Below are positions 1 through 12,865 of a stretch of 64,000 nucleotides of DNA, piece by piece (position 1 is the first letter of the stretch; each line of letters opens with the position of its first letter). The DNA is from Octopus sinensis (Eukaryota). The stretch covers positions 107,570,001 through 107,634,000 of the forward strand of contig NC_043002.1 in NCBI RefSeq assembly GCF_006345805.1, read 5' to 3'. The position numbers and the translations under genes are program-made. The notes below the pieces were generated by a model, which did no database searches, was not told where the DNA came from, and saw only the letters and a program-made list of their open reading frames with translations.

Positions 1-92
1 ACACACACACATACATACATACATACATACATACACACACATACATACATACATACATACATACATACATACATACATACATACATACATAC
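1..92. repeat. (TACA)n/(CA)n microsatellite
   Basis: Direct reading of tandem ACAT units. Confidence 0.95.
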
Positions 93-1416
93 TCAAAAAT
101 AGACATGCCGCACTTAATAGAAAATAATTATGAAGACATATTAATTGGTGTAACACAATCACTTTTTTTTTTTTTTGAAAAAAAGCATAACGATATTTAT
201 GTTTAAGTAATCAGATTTTGGATATTCTACTGTTTCATAAGTAATATCCATTATGCTCACTTAGAGCTCAGAACGAGACTAAAACGGCTCTCATTTAACG
301 GTTGGTTAATCAAATAGATATTATCAACGGTCATTCGCAAGTCGTTAAGATATTTCAGTCTTTCCATAACACTTCTGTTTCAAAAATGTTCCCCTACCAT
401 GTAAATATATCGATCGTTTGGAAAAGACGCGCATAACTGAATCCATCGCTACCTCACCACGCGAATTCACTTAAAATATTCATGTATTTTACACCTACAA
501 CACGTCTACAAAACTCTTCTCGGTTTCAGAAAATATATAATAAAATTTATATGTGGTACTTTTATATCTGTTTACATTAACTCTCAAATTCTTTTTCCGA
601 CGAGATAAATCTGTAAATTTTTCTAACGTTTGTGATAGTGTAGCGTCTGAAGGTCTAGACACTATACAAGAGGAGATAATTTTCAAAACACGTAATCCAG
701 GAATAAGGGAATGTATTGTCCAACAAATAAATACATAAACTCCATACAAAGAAGGGGTTTTTCTTGAACTTGCAGACACCATTCATCTGCCTTAGTTGCT
801 GACTAGAGATTTCAACAACGATACTCTGAGTGACGAGGTATCAGTCGAATATGATATGATGACTGCCATAGTTTCATACAGCATTTGAAACTGTATGTAA
901 AGTCTGACTGAGCTTTGCTAGAAATGCTGACGCCATGTTGATAATATCAATGTATAGTGCTTAGTGGCCTAACTCCAGTCAACTATAGTATGGTGGGGAA
1001 TGATGGTGGTCATGAAACGGTTGACTTTTGTACTTAGCGTACCACGGCCTTCAGTATGACTAATTTAAAACTGGAAACAGAAGAGATTTTGTTTTTTTAT
1101 TAGATAAAAACATTAATAAATCTATCGTTTTACATTCTAAGTTTCAACCGATTCGGTCACTAACGTTGCTTGTTGCCTGTGTCCCTAACATAATCCAGTC
1201 AATGAACATTAAATTGGATGAAGCTTTTCGTCATTAAACATCAAACGTTTTACAAATCGTTAGTTTTTTTTAATCGCTTTTCTGTTAGCAAATAAGTTTT
1301 CTGTTTATCTTTTGAAGGAAGAAAATGTTCAAAGATAAAATCAAAAGCAACAAACAGCGACACCTTCTGGTAAACAGAGTTGAGTAAAAGGGGAATAACT
1401 GAATGAGAAATGTTTA

Positions 1417-1616
1417 CAACGATCCCTCGACTATCGCGGGTGTTACGTTCCAAAATCCCCCGCGATAGGTGAAAATGTGCTAAGCATAAACAGTACTCTA
1501 TATTTTAAAAAATTATTTTTATAATTTGCATATATTCATTTTATTATAAATGCAAAACAACTCCATGAAGGAATCAACGTAAGCTTAAATAATAAACCGC
1601 GATAGGTGAACCGCGA
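1417..1616 (+). mobile_element. Tigger/pogo-like MITE, 3'-truncated
   Basis: TA then caacgatccctcgactatcgcgg; body matches the copy at 33010-33243, including ccgcgataggtgaa subrepeats; cut off by the LINE fragment at ~1615. Confidence 0.6.
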
Positions 1617-1899
1617 AATAGAAGAAGTAATCCGAATGTGGAGTCTAAAAACAGAAACAATTCTTATCATAGTAGGTGCATTAGGTATGATAAAATACAT
1701 TCAGACAAATACATAACAAAACCTCCAGGACTTACAATTATATATACCATACAGAAAATAGCACTACAAGGCACTGCACACATCCTACGTAAAACACTTT
1801 CAATACAGTGAAAGTAAGAGCACCACAACAAACCACAGCACATAGCCAAGGCACACAGAGCTGCGCTCGGTAGTGCAGTTAAAGCAGAGAATAAGACAA

Positions 1900-1972
<73 letters not shown>

Positions 1973-1980
1973 TAATAATT
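1615..1980 (+). mobile_element. R4/Dong-like (RLE-type) LINE 3' end with (TAA)n tail
   Basis: Hand translation gives RMWSLKTETILIIVGALGMIK...IQKIALQGTAHILRKTL*, resembling the C-terminus of RLE-type LINEs; short 3' UTR then (AAT)n at ~1903-1980. Confidence 0.7.
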
Positions 1981-2092
1981 ACGGAGATGTACTCGCATAG
2001 CAAGTAATTTGATCTGAGATCGTGTGCTGAAACGAAAACAATTGCAGCGTGGAAGGTGTTTATAAGCCATTTAAGAAACACACAAATAATAA

Positions 2093-2496
2093 TAATCCTT
2101 TTTACTAAAGGCACATGACCTGAAATTTTGGTGAGAGGAGACTAGTCGATTACATTGACCCCAGTCTTTCACTGGTACTTAATTTATCGACCACGAAAGG
2201 ATGAAAGGCAAAATCGACCTCGGCGGAATTTGAATTCAGAACGTAGCGACGGACGAAATACCTATTTCTTTATTACCCACAAGGGGCTAAACATAGAGAG
2301 AACAAACAAAGACAGACATAGGTATTAAGTCGATTACATCGACCCCAGTGCGTAACTGGTACTTTAATTTATCGACCCCGAAAGGATGAAAGATAAAGTC
2401 GACCTCGGCGGAATTTGAACTCACAACGTAACGGTAGACGAAATACCGCTAAGCATTTCGCCCGACGTGTTAACGTTTCTGCCAGCTCGCCGCCTT
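2093..2496 (-). mobile_element. SINE family A (tRNA-like head), internally dimeric
   Basis: Reverse complement has head ggcggcgagctggcagaaacgtta and B-box-like gagttcaaattcc; body gtcgactttatctttcatcctttcggggtcgataaa occurs twice. Confidence 0.85.
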
Positions 2497-2530
2497 AACA
2501 ATAATGATGACGTCGACAACAACAACAACA

Positions 2531-2722
2531 ATAATAATTTCGGAGAGGGTACAAATCGATTACATCAACCCCAGGACTCAGCTGGTACTTATTTTATCGA
2601 TTCGAAAAGGATAAAAAGTAGAGCTGACCCCGGCGGAATTTGAACTCAGAACGCGATAATCGACGAAATGCTGCGCTAAGCATTTTGTCCAGCGTGCTAA
2701 CGATTCAACCAGCTCGCTGCTT
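2531..2722 (-). mobile_element. SINE family A, diverged copy
   Basis: Similar to 2093-2496. Confidence 0.75.
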
Positions 2723-2927
2723 TTCGTGGTTGTTGGGTTGGGAGAACAACTGATACACTATTTGGACACTTGGCTGTCTTTTACCGGCAGATGGCGCTGA
2801 CAGTGATAGTTGAGGTTTACGGTTGGATGGTTTTCAATTGTTCTCAGGTGTTTTATTCGTCCGCCAGGTAATGGAGGTATTGTTAATGATGGCATGCTGT
2901 TTCCGGTTCGGTTACGGAAATGATTAA

Positions 2928-3070
2928 ACATGTATGTATGTATGTATGTATGTATGTATGTATGTATGTATGTATGTATGTATGTATGTATGTATGTATG
3001 TACGTATATGTATGTATGAATGTGTGTATGTATGCATCTATGTATGCATGTATATATATATATATATATA

Positions 3071-3144
<74 letters not shown>

Positions 3145-3277
3145 GAGTGTGTGCGTACATTTGTAAGTATGCATATATATATATATGGATGTACGTATGT
3201 GAATGCATGTGTGTATGCATGAATGCGTGTGAATGAATTATGTAATATATATTGTATGTGTGGAGGTATGCATGTAT

Positions 3278-3336
<59 letters not shown>
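2928..3336. repeat. Compound (TATG)n/(TA)n microsatellite
   Basis: Direct reading; explains the MYVC/IYIY ORFs here. Confidence 0.95.
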
Positions 3337-3338
<2 letters not shown>

Positions 3339-3616
3339 GGAGTGAATGTGCATGTTTGTGCGTGCAAAGGGACAAAGAAAGAAATAGAAAGAAAGAGGGA
3401 GAAAGAGAAAAAGAGAAAAAAAGGGGAATTCAAGGAGAAATTAGATCGTTTTAGAGGTCTACACGAAAGAAACTGGTCTGACCAGGGAGGTGTCTGGGAG
3501 AGAATGCAGCACAAACTAACACTCCTCTATACACATATATACACGCAATAATCGTATATACATACATATACATACACATACATACACAGATATATACATA
3601 TATACGTGTATATATC

Positions 3617-3870
3617 ACCTTCGAAACGCAGAGTAGATGAATCCATGGCGACTGAAGAACGGGTTTTTTCCTTGTGTTATTTGTCATGTACTCTATTTTT
3701 TGTTGTTTAAGAAAAATGTCCAGTTCCTTGGGTTTGTGTCTGTTTTCGTTTCTCATTGTGTTCGACGTTTTTTTGGGTCCTGTACTCATATATGCGTGTA
3801 TATATACTTATAGAGGTAGGTACGTACATATATGTATATATATATGCATATGTTTTATTTATTAATATAC
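3617..3870 (+). repeat. Dispersed copy of unclassified element X (homolog of the 45.9-47.8 kb tandem unit)
   Basis: ccttcgaaacg...gcgactgaagaa...gtgttcgacgt...gtcctgtac...agaggtaggtacgtacatatatg matches the reverse complement of the 825-bp unit; ends at (TA)n. Confidence 0.8.
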
Positions 3871-4410
3871 TATATATATATATATAAATAAAATAGGGAA
3901 TATAATTCCAAACTTACAGGGAAAAATTCAATTTAACAATTTTAAATCAAATTTCACAATATATAACATATATATTGTATGTATTTAATTTTATAAATAT
4001 AATTATAAAATTATAATAAGCGCAACAACTGAGTAATGCCACATGCTAGAAGAAGACGCCAAATGGCTCTAGAACTACCTTATTTATCAGACACAGGCTG
4101 AAAGCGAGGGAATGAGCAAAAAAGATTTTAAAAAAACTTTATCCATAGATCGATTTCTGGTTTAGTGATGTAATACCACTTTACCGTCCTCAGTATGATA
4201 TAACCGAAAGTATATAATTATAAACATTTATACATACCATATGAATACAACGTATCCATAGTGTATATGCAAATGTTCACACTTATACACAATTTAAATC
4301 TAGTTCGGTTATCTCAGCCACATGTGAATAACCAAAATAATTTGGTTTGAGTGAATTCGTATTTATCATTATAATCAAGGATAACATCTACATAAAATTT
4401 TATCAAATGA

Positions 4411-4586
4411 AGGCGCATGGCTCAGTGGTTAAAGCGTCGAAATTACAACCGTCAGGTTATGAGTTCGAACCCCGGACCAAGCTGTGTGTTGTGTTCTTGA
4501 ACAAGACACTTTATTTCACGTTGCTCCAGTTCACTCAGCTGTAGAAATGAGTGCCAAGCTGTATCGGCCTTTGTCTTTCCCTCATA
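4411..4586 (+). mobile_element. SINE family E (tRNA-like head), 3'-truncated
   Basis: A-box-like tggctcagtggtt, B-box-like gttcgaaccc, then cttgaacaagacacttt...ctccagttcactcagctg domain also seen at 29080-29328. Confidence 0.75.
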
Positions 4587-4588
4587 AA

Positions 4589-4760
4589 AGGCGCAGGAGT
4601 GGCTGTGTGGTAAGTAGCTTGCTTACCAACCACATGGTTCCGGGTTCAGTCCCACTGCGTGGCACCTTGGGCAAGTGTCTTCTACTATAGCCTCGGGCCG
4701 ACTAAAGCTTTGTGAGTGGATTTGGTAGACGGAAACTGAAAGAAGCCCGTCGTATATATC

Positions 4761-4801
<41 letters not shown>

Positions 4802-5006
4802 GTGTGTGTGTGTGTGTCCAACATAGCTTGACAACCGATGCTGTTGTGTTTACGTACCCGTAACTTAGCGGTTCGGCAAAAGAGAACCGATAGAATAAGT
4901 ACTAGGCTTACAAAAAAATAAGTCCTGGGGTCGATTTGCTCGACTAAAGGCGGTGCTCCAGCATGGCCGCAGTCAAATGACTGAAACAAGTAAAAGAGTA
5001 AAAGAG
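4589..5006 (+). mobile_element. SINE family B with internal (TA)/(TG) microsatellite
   Basis: ggcgcaggagtggctgtgtggtaag head, ccttgggcaagtgtctt, central SSR, tail gactgaaacaagtaaaagagtaaaagag; more than 10 copies or fragments in the window. Confidence 0.9.
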
Positions 5007-5011
5007 AGTAT

Positions 5012-5049
<38 letters not shown>

Positions 5050-5332
5050 TAAACCTCTTATTTTACTTTTACCATTTCGCCTCTTCATCCGATACCTGTA
5101 TTTCTTCATCGTTGAGTACCTCAACTCACATCTTCACATTTTCCATTCGTCCTCTCCTCCTCCTCCTCCTCCTTCTCCTCCCTCCCCCCCTGTCGACCAT
5201 CATCTCTCGCCTCCGCTCCTCCCACTACCATAAAGAAGCTATTGTCGTCTGTTTACTATCTTATCGTCTGCTTTCTATCTTCCAATATGACGACACGCAC
5301 ACACACACCTTATTACAAAACATGAAACTCGG

Positions 5333-5432
5333 NNNNNNNNNNNNNNNNNNNNNNNNNNNNNNNNNNNNNNNNNNNNNNNNNNNNNNNNNNNNNNNNNNNN
5401 NNNNNNNNNNNNNNNNNNNNNNNNNNNNNNNN
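5333..5432. other. Assembly gap (100 N)
   Basis: Run of N. Confidence 1.
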
Positions 5433-7029
5433 GTTGTAGTAGCAGCAGCAGCAGTAACAGTAGCTGTTGTCTAAATGTATAGTAGTACAAGTCTATTTGT
5501 GAAATTATTACATATTCTCTGATGTCACCCTCTCGCCCACAAACAATCCCAGCGTGTATTCAATGTGCTATTTCAGTCTCGCGTCACACACTTGCACTTC
5601 AGAGTTGGCTGGCTGGCTGGCTGGCTGCACTGCCCCATCATGGTCATAAATAGCCACTAGTCCCGAGGTACCGCCTCTGCTGCTATTCATGTCCAAGACC
5701 GACTCACCAATAGAGTCAACAGTATCTTGAGATGAAAAACTTTTCCGGACCATCACAGTCTCTCCCAAGAACTGGACTCAAAGATCTTCCGTTTGTCAAA
5801 GTTCAAACAACGTTACTGCATTTTGTTTCTCCGTAGAAAGCGTCTATTTGAGTCATTACACAACAGTTTATTGTTCCCTGGAAATGTTATCAGCGTTATT
5901 CTGCTAATTTTACTTTTCACACGACCTTGCTGATATATATGGCGGCCAGTGAGATAGATTGGAACAGTTTTTCATCTGCTTTGCTTCCTGTCTTACGAAC
6001 GTAGAATATAAACTCGTAGATTTTCGGTGTGGGAAATTCTTAGTGCTTTGGTCTTGTTAATAAGATACTTCAACCAGAGTTCAGTCTTATAGTTCGCCTT
6101 CAAGCTTATTTTAACAGTTTATAACGAAGTCAACAAGTCCTGCTGTTACAGTTTATGCATACATACATACATACATACATACATACATACATACATACAT
6201 ACATACATACATACATACATACATACACACACACACATACATATGTAATTGTGTATGTATGTACGTACGTACGTATGTATGTATATATGTATATAGGTAT
6301 GTCACATGGCTTATCTTTTCCAGGTATTTACATGTGTTTTCTTAAAGTTTACGTGTGCAGAGATAAGAAATGTTCCAGTTCTGTGTTCATTAATAGGTTA
6401 GTGAAAAAGACTGTTGTGCCACATGTTCAGTCGATGTACCTTAGCCAGAGTAAAACATTAATAAAAAAAACTACACAACTCAGGCCACGACAAGATACTG
6501 GAAGTGTTGTTGCTCTTGTTGTTATTCTTCTTCAACCGCCAGGTCATCCATAATAGAACAAGCCTTCATAAAATTCGTTCTAGACTTGACCAACGTATCT
6601 TCTCTCCTATGTCCGCCCCGCCATCTTTTTTTTTTTTTGCTAGTTTTTTTAAGAGAACAAAGAACGGTTTAAGGTTGTCGTAGCTACAATTTCTAGCAGG
6701 ACGAGTGATCGCTTAGGTTCCACGGCCTTTTTTCAAGATGTGTAGCTTACAGTTGGGGATAACTGGACATCAGACAACCTTTGCCTGTGCCTCTCCACGT
6801 TCTCATTTCAAGTTCCACCAAAATCAATATTATTCTTGCAACATTCTAGGATCGATTAAATACCAATCAAATACTATCGATTCCATCGACGTACCCACTT
6901 CTCCTCCTACCTGTTATATTATTCATCTTTATCTCCCATCATTATCGCCATTGTTCAGCACTGGATCAGCCATATTTGAACAGATCTCCGATCACAAATA
7001 ATCTCACTGTAACGATCCCGTCTTTGCTT

Positions 7030-7223
7030 TACTCTCTTTACTCTTTACTACTTGTTCAGTCATTTGACTGCGGCCATGCTGGAGCACCGCCTTTAGTCGA
7101 GCAAATCGACTCTTTTGCCGACCGCTAAGTGAACGGGGACGTAAACACACCAGCATCGTTTGTCAAGCATGCTAGGGGAACAAACACATACACAAACAAA
7201 CACATACACACACACACACTTAT

Positions 7224-7258
<35 letters not shown>

Positions 7259-7435
7259 TATACATATATACGACGGGCTTCTTTCAGTTTTCATCTACCA
7301 AATCCACTCACAAGGCATTGGTCGGCCCGAGGCTATAGCAGAAGACACTTGCCCAAGATGCCACGCAGTGGGACTGAACCCGGAACCATGTGGTTGGTTA
7401 GCAAGCTACTTACCATACAGCCACTCCTGCGCCTT
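7030..7435 (-). mobile_element. SINE family B
   Basis: Reverse complement of 4589-5006. Confidence 0.9.
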
Positions 7436-7950
7436 TATTATTAATTTAAAAAAAGCTTACTTCAGACAGTGATATAGGCCTTGTTTCTTTTCTTCTTGTT
7501 CTAGAGTATGATTTGAGGAAGACCTGGTGGTTGCTATATCTATCTAACAAGTTAAGGGACTGCAGAGAGGCTTACTTCGTATGTTCTTCCACAAACTAGC
7601 CTCGTTTGCGAAATCGTTAACCCAATGGCTGCATATCGTTATAAGAACATTTCAAAAACAAACGGACAAATAAATTAAATAAATAAATAATCTGATTCAA
7701 TGAATAAATGAATAAATAAATAAATAAATAAAAGCTTCCCTTGTCTAAACGATATCTGATGCCAATAGCGTGTCTGATTTATGTCTTATTTCTGTGAAAA
7801 CCGAACACTGACTTGTGAAATGAGGTCCGCAGACAGCTCTCAACGGCGAAAGAACACACACACACACTTACAGACAGTCAGACACACACAGACACACACA
7901 GACACACACACACACACACACACACACACGAATACACACAGAGCCCCGCT

Positions 7951-7981
<31 letters not shown>

Positions 7982-8059
7982 CTCTCTGTTTATTTATCAA
8001 TATATTTATTGGTCACAAAGGCACAACATCTGTTTCCGACAGCGAATCTCTAATGATGA

Positions 8060-8114
8060 GCTTTATACATAAACATAAACACACGTAATATTATATATAT
8101 ACATATATATATAT

Positions 8115-8165
<51 letters not shown>

Positions 8166-8307
8166 GTGTGTGTTGTGGTGTGTGTGTGTGTAAAAGATAT
8201 GTAATACCCAGGCCACTACGTACATTCACTTACATATATATTCGTAGATAATATATATTTACATACATACACAAATTATCATATGTATAATCAGATACCG
8301 ACCGTCC

Positions 8308-8349
<42 letters not shown>

Positions 8350-8533
8350 ATACGCACAGACACACATACTCACACACACACAATCAGAAATGTGCGTATT
8401 CCCTCAGGAAACTCCACACAAACACATGCACATACACACACACACCGCACAAACGCAATGCAGAATATGTGTGTGTGTACTGGTGTACATGCATACACAC
8501 ATTCACACATGTTTGTGTGTGTGTGTGTGTGCG

Positions 8534-8569
<36 letters not shown>

Positions 8570-8690
8570 TGTGTGTGTGTATGTGTGTGTGTATGTGTGT
8601 GTATGTGTGTGTGTTTGTGTGTGTGTGTGTTTGTGTGTGTGTATGTGTGTGTGTATGTGTGTGTATGTGTGTGTGTGTGTGTGTGTGTGT
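8060..8690. repeat. Compound (TA)n/(CA)n/(TG)n microsatellites
   Basis: Direct reading. Confidence 0.9.
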
Positions 8691-8879
8691 AAATTTTTTT
8701 TCTTAACTTTTGTGTTGCAAACACTTTGACTTTCAGAATTCTAGGTTGCATCAAGAACGGGTCAAAGTCCTGGAATCAACGTAAATCTTCCCATGGCCAC
8801 CCCACATCCAGCTCCATCAATTATTTTAGACTCATCAATTTATCTTCCATTCCATTAGTTTCATTCATTTTATGAAATC

Positions 8880-9089
8880 TTTTTTACTCTTTTACTTGTT
8901 TCAGTCATTTGACTGCGGCCATGCTGGAGCACCGCCTTTAGTCGAGCAAATCGACCCCGGGACTTATTCTTTGTAAGCCCAGTTCTTATTCTATCGGTCT
9001 CTTTTGCCGAACCGCTAAGTGACGGGGACGTAAACACACCAGCATCGGTTGTCAAGCGATGCTAGGGGGGACAAACACAGACACAAACA

Positions 9090-9136
<47 letters not shown>

Positions 9137-9323
9137 ATATATATATACATACATATATACGACAGGCTTCTTTCAGTTTCCGTCTACCAAATCCACTCAC
9201 AAGGCATTGGTCGGCCTGGGGCTATAGCAGAAGACACTTGCCCAAGATGCCACGCAGTGAGACTGAACCCGGAACCATGTGGTTGGTTAGCAAGCTACTT
9301 ACCACACAGCCACTCCTGCGCCT
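8880..9323 (-). mobile_element. SINE family B
   Basis: Reverse complement of 4589-5006. Confidence 0.9.
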
Positions 9324-9372
9324 ATATAAATCTGAATGTAAATCTGTTGCCGGAATCGTGTAAGCTGTAACA

Positions 9373-9628
9373 CAGTGGTTCCCAAAATGGATGGTATTGC
9401 TCCCCTAGGGGCGATGAAGAAAAAGTGGGGTTATTATAATGGGGGTAGCGATTCATGTAAAAACAAAATAATGCGTCCATTAGGTTAAGTTTTATTTGTG
9501 AAATACAGTTGCTTTGAATTTGCTTTAAAAAGGGGTCTATTCTTGTGATGGTTAGTTGGGGTGGGGTGCTAGGAATGTGGCCTGAGGTGTCAAGGGGGCG
9601 GTAGCCCGAAAAAGTTTGGGAATCACTG
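9373..9628. mobile_element. hAT (Charlie-like) MITE
   Basis: TIRs cagtggttcccaaa / tttgggaatcactg; 8-bp flanks ctgtaaca / ctgtgaca (TSD with 1 mismatch). Confidence 0.85.
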
Positions 9629-9944
9629 CTGTGACAATACGAGTCGGCATAGATTTCGTTCATAAAAATCTTTCTTGGGTGTGATTAGTAGAGTATTTGT
9701 GTGTGTAGAGAGTAGTGTGTGTTTGATGAGAGTTTTCAAGGAACACTTCCGCTATTCCATCAATAAATACAAAAAAGGAAAAAAGAGAAACAGGAAAAAA
9801 ACCCGTCTTCACGAAAGCCATTCCACATAATGAAGTGTTAAAGAAGTCGCAACATTTCTGCCATCAAAGAATGATTAGTAAACTTCCAAAGTGAAAATCC
9901 ATTACCAGATGCCAAGTTCCGGTCGATTGCAAGAATTTTTATGA

Positions 9945-10461
9945 CTAGCAGTATCGCCCGGCGTTGCTCGGGTTTGTAAGGGAAATAACTATATAAGCAT
10001 TTTTAGAGAGTTACTTCCTTTATAGATGCCAATTCGGGCTTTCTTAGCCATTTCTGTTTTGGTGTCTTCAAGCCATGAAGTCGTTGTTCTAAAAAAACGC
10101 TGGTCTCCTTGACAACGCATTACGACGTTGATTTCCTTACGCTCCCTTTCCCACAGCTTCACGAGGGAGGGAAGAAGGGGGAGAAGCAAACACAGGTGCA
10201 GGTGTTTGAGCGTGGACGCCAACTCCGCCGCCATCGACACACGAAAAATTATGCATTAAAATGGAATAAAAAATGATGTTAAATTATTTTAAAAATCGTA
10301 GACTCATCGTAGACGCGCGCTAATAGCCAGACGGGCTCGATATGAATCACGACTATAAGATACCCGGTTTTGGTTAAACTGCACCGCAAAATGTGGGAGG
10401 AGTTAGGAATCTAAATCGTAGGAGATAGACACTCACACAACTACAGTTTTATATATATAGA
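9945..10461 (-). mobile_element. Non-autonomous Helitron (variant with extra internal segment)
   Basis: On the minus strand it starts TC(tatatatataaaa), ends with hairpin cccgagcaacgccggg and CTAG, and lies between A and T; homologous to 29341-29736 and 35011-35405. Confidence 0.8.
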
Positions 10462-10547
10462 TTTGTGTTGTAAAATTTGTTATATATAGATATCATGTTA
10501 TAGATATAAAAAAAAGATAAATAAATCGCGCGCATACACCACACACA

Positions 10548-10600
<53 letters not shown>

Positions 10601-11817
10601 TACCTTGTATGTCTCTTTTTCTTTTCCTAAATGAGAGTAGGCTATTATTTGAAGGTTTCTATTTCTAGGAAGTCGAGCATCCGTTTAGAAGCTTTCTCGC
10701 TATTATCGATATTATTAAGTATTCATAAAGACAGCGAGTTGGCAAAATCGCCAGAATGTCGTAAAAATGCCACGTGACCCTTCATAAGGTCCTTCACGAT
10801 CTGAATTCAAATCTCAGCCTTTTCAACAGGATGTAGAGTGGTTTTGGCTTCTACACTGTTCTGTGTAATAGATGGGTGCTCAATATTTATTGAGGTTTCC
10901 TCGCCAGAACTTGATCGTTACAACGTGAGATTACTTCATCAGGAATTTGCAATTGTGACATACATTGTATGTATATTTGGGATCTTTTCTGTTTGCTTGC
11001 CAACGGCTGCCAGCGTCAATTTTGTATCCGAATTGATTTCATATTCAGTGTAATGATACACTTTTATAGGCTAACTAATAACGTGAAGTAATTTTCGCTC
11101 TAAATTAATGAATGAAGAGTTATTAGTAATTAAAGTTTGAAAATTTTGGTGATTTTAGCCAATTGTAAGTCACAAGCACATTCATGTCTGTTTCGATAGT
11201 AACAAGTTGAAATATTAGAACTCTTTTCCCCGTTGCCATAGTAATAGTCTTTGGAAAGTCTGCGAGGAAGCACGTGTTGACAGCAGTCTTATTTACTCGT
11301 TTCTTTTTGTCATTGTGCATTGAGGTGGTTGTGAGGTGTGCTAAAAATAACGGCTAAATAAGACTTTTTTGATAAATCTTTTAAATTAAAGTTTCTTTGC
11401 CGACATCTCGCTCAGAGATTTAAAACTGTTTCCTCTTTTAAATTAACATAAACATTTATTTACATGAAAGAAAATTTACCAGAGACATAACACCTGTTGT
11501 TTACAAATATTGATGACACGCGCTATTTTCAGGATGTTGACGACAAAATGTGCAGTCGCACACAAAATGATAGCTTCCAAATCCTGTTTCCTGACGAAGT
11601 GAAAATGATCAAACTTTAAACTTCTATAACGTTTCAAAAGTATTTTTCTGAAAAAAATTAAATAACTCCAACAATTCAATTCTACTGCAGCGTGCTGTCA
11701 ATAGACAAATACTATTGGATGTTATGGTTTGTCTCTGTGGATGCTAAGGTTTGTATTAATAGACAAATACTGCATTAATTTGTTTGTGGGCTATAATACT
11801 GCTGTGATAGCCTTGAT

Positions 11818-11875
<58 letters not shown>

Positions 11876-12012
11876 AGAGTTAGATATGAAAGTTCTATGA
11901 AATAGTCTGCTGTGATGTTTGTGCATACAAACATCAGAAATTATGGCAATGCTAACTAATAAATAAATAGATAAATAAAGCAACTGAGTAAACAAACAAA
12001 CAAGCAAGCAAA

Positions 12013-12043
<31 letters not shown>

Positions 12044-12419
12044 GCAGGTGATAATAGTCGTAGTGGAGTAAACCGAAGTTGAAATGTATTTCAGCTTAAC
12101 CTTAGTTCCGGTTCTATTTGTTATATCAAGCTAATGTGTATGACGTCATTTTCTTAATATGAGGTCAGAAAAAGAAACGAAATAGAGATAAAAGAAAACT
12201 AACCCAAAACTCTAATAAAAGAAAGGAAAAAAAGAACAAGAAGCGGTGACGGTAGTGGGAGGAGGAACAAAAGTACATAAATCCTCCTCCTACTACTTCT
12301 CGAGTATTTTGGCTGGTTTCCTAAAATGTTTCAATTCTTTTATATTTATGCAAAAAAAAAAAACAAAAACCAAAATGACTCTTCCAAGATTTCGTTCAAG
12401 ATGTACGCAGCCGAGTTGA

Positions 12420-12424
12420 ATTCC

Positions 12425-12475
<51 letters not shown>

Positions 12476-12513
12476 ATATATATGTGTATATATATATATG
12501 GTGTTGTATGTAT

Positions 12514-12588
<75 letters not shown>

Positions 12589-12751
12589 GTATGTATATAT
12601 ATATATATTATGCGTATACATATACACATACATATATAATGTATATATATATGTATGCGTATACATATATACTTACATATATACATATATGTATATATAT
12701 GCGTATACTATATACATACACGTATATATAGATATGCATATTATATATATA

Positions 12752-12829
<78 letters not shown>

Positions 12830-12830
12830 T

Positions 12831-12865
<35 letters not shown>
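12420..12865. repeat. (TA)n-rich and (GATA)n microsatellites
   Basis: Direct reading. Confidence 0.9.

Noticed and set aside
240-1100. Non-repetitive stretch whose minus-strand frames contain hydrophobic segments loosely like GPCR TM3-TM7 (ORF 495-782)
   Set aside because: The helix-like segments fall in overlapping different frames with many stops and wrong motif spacing; consistent with AT-rich noise. A BLASTX or HMM hit would be needed.
4040-4085. Degenerate hammerhead-like string ctagaagaagacgccaaatggctctagaac
   Set aside because: Needs several indels to restore the core and has no stem I.
5568-5768. 66-aa minus-strand ORF (MGETVMVRKSF...) as a possible exon
   Set aside because: In-frame stop just upstream, weak acceptor, runs through a (GCCA)n repeat, no recognisable motif; could equally be a decayed LINE 3' end.
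10800-11700. Cluster of short ORFs (10838+, 11123-, 11476-) with hydrophobic runs
   Set aside because: No consistent frame or strand, no clear splice signals and no motif I can name.
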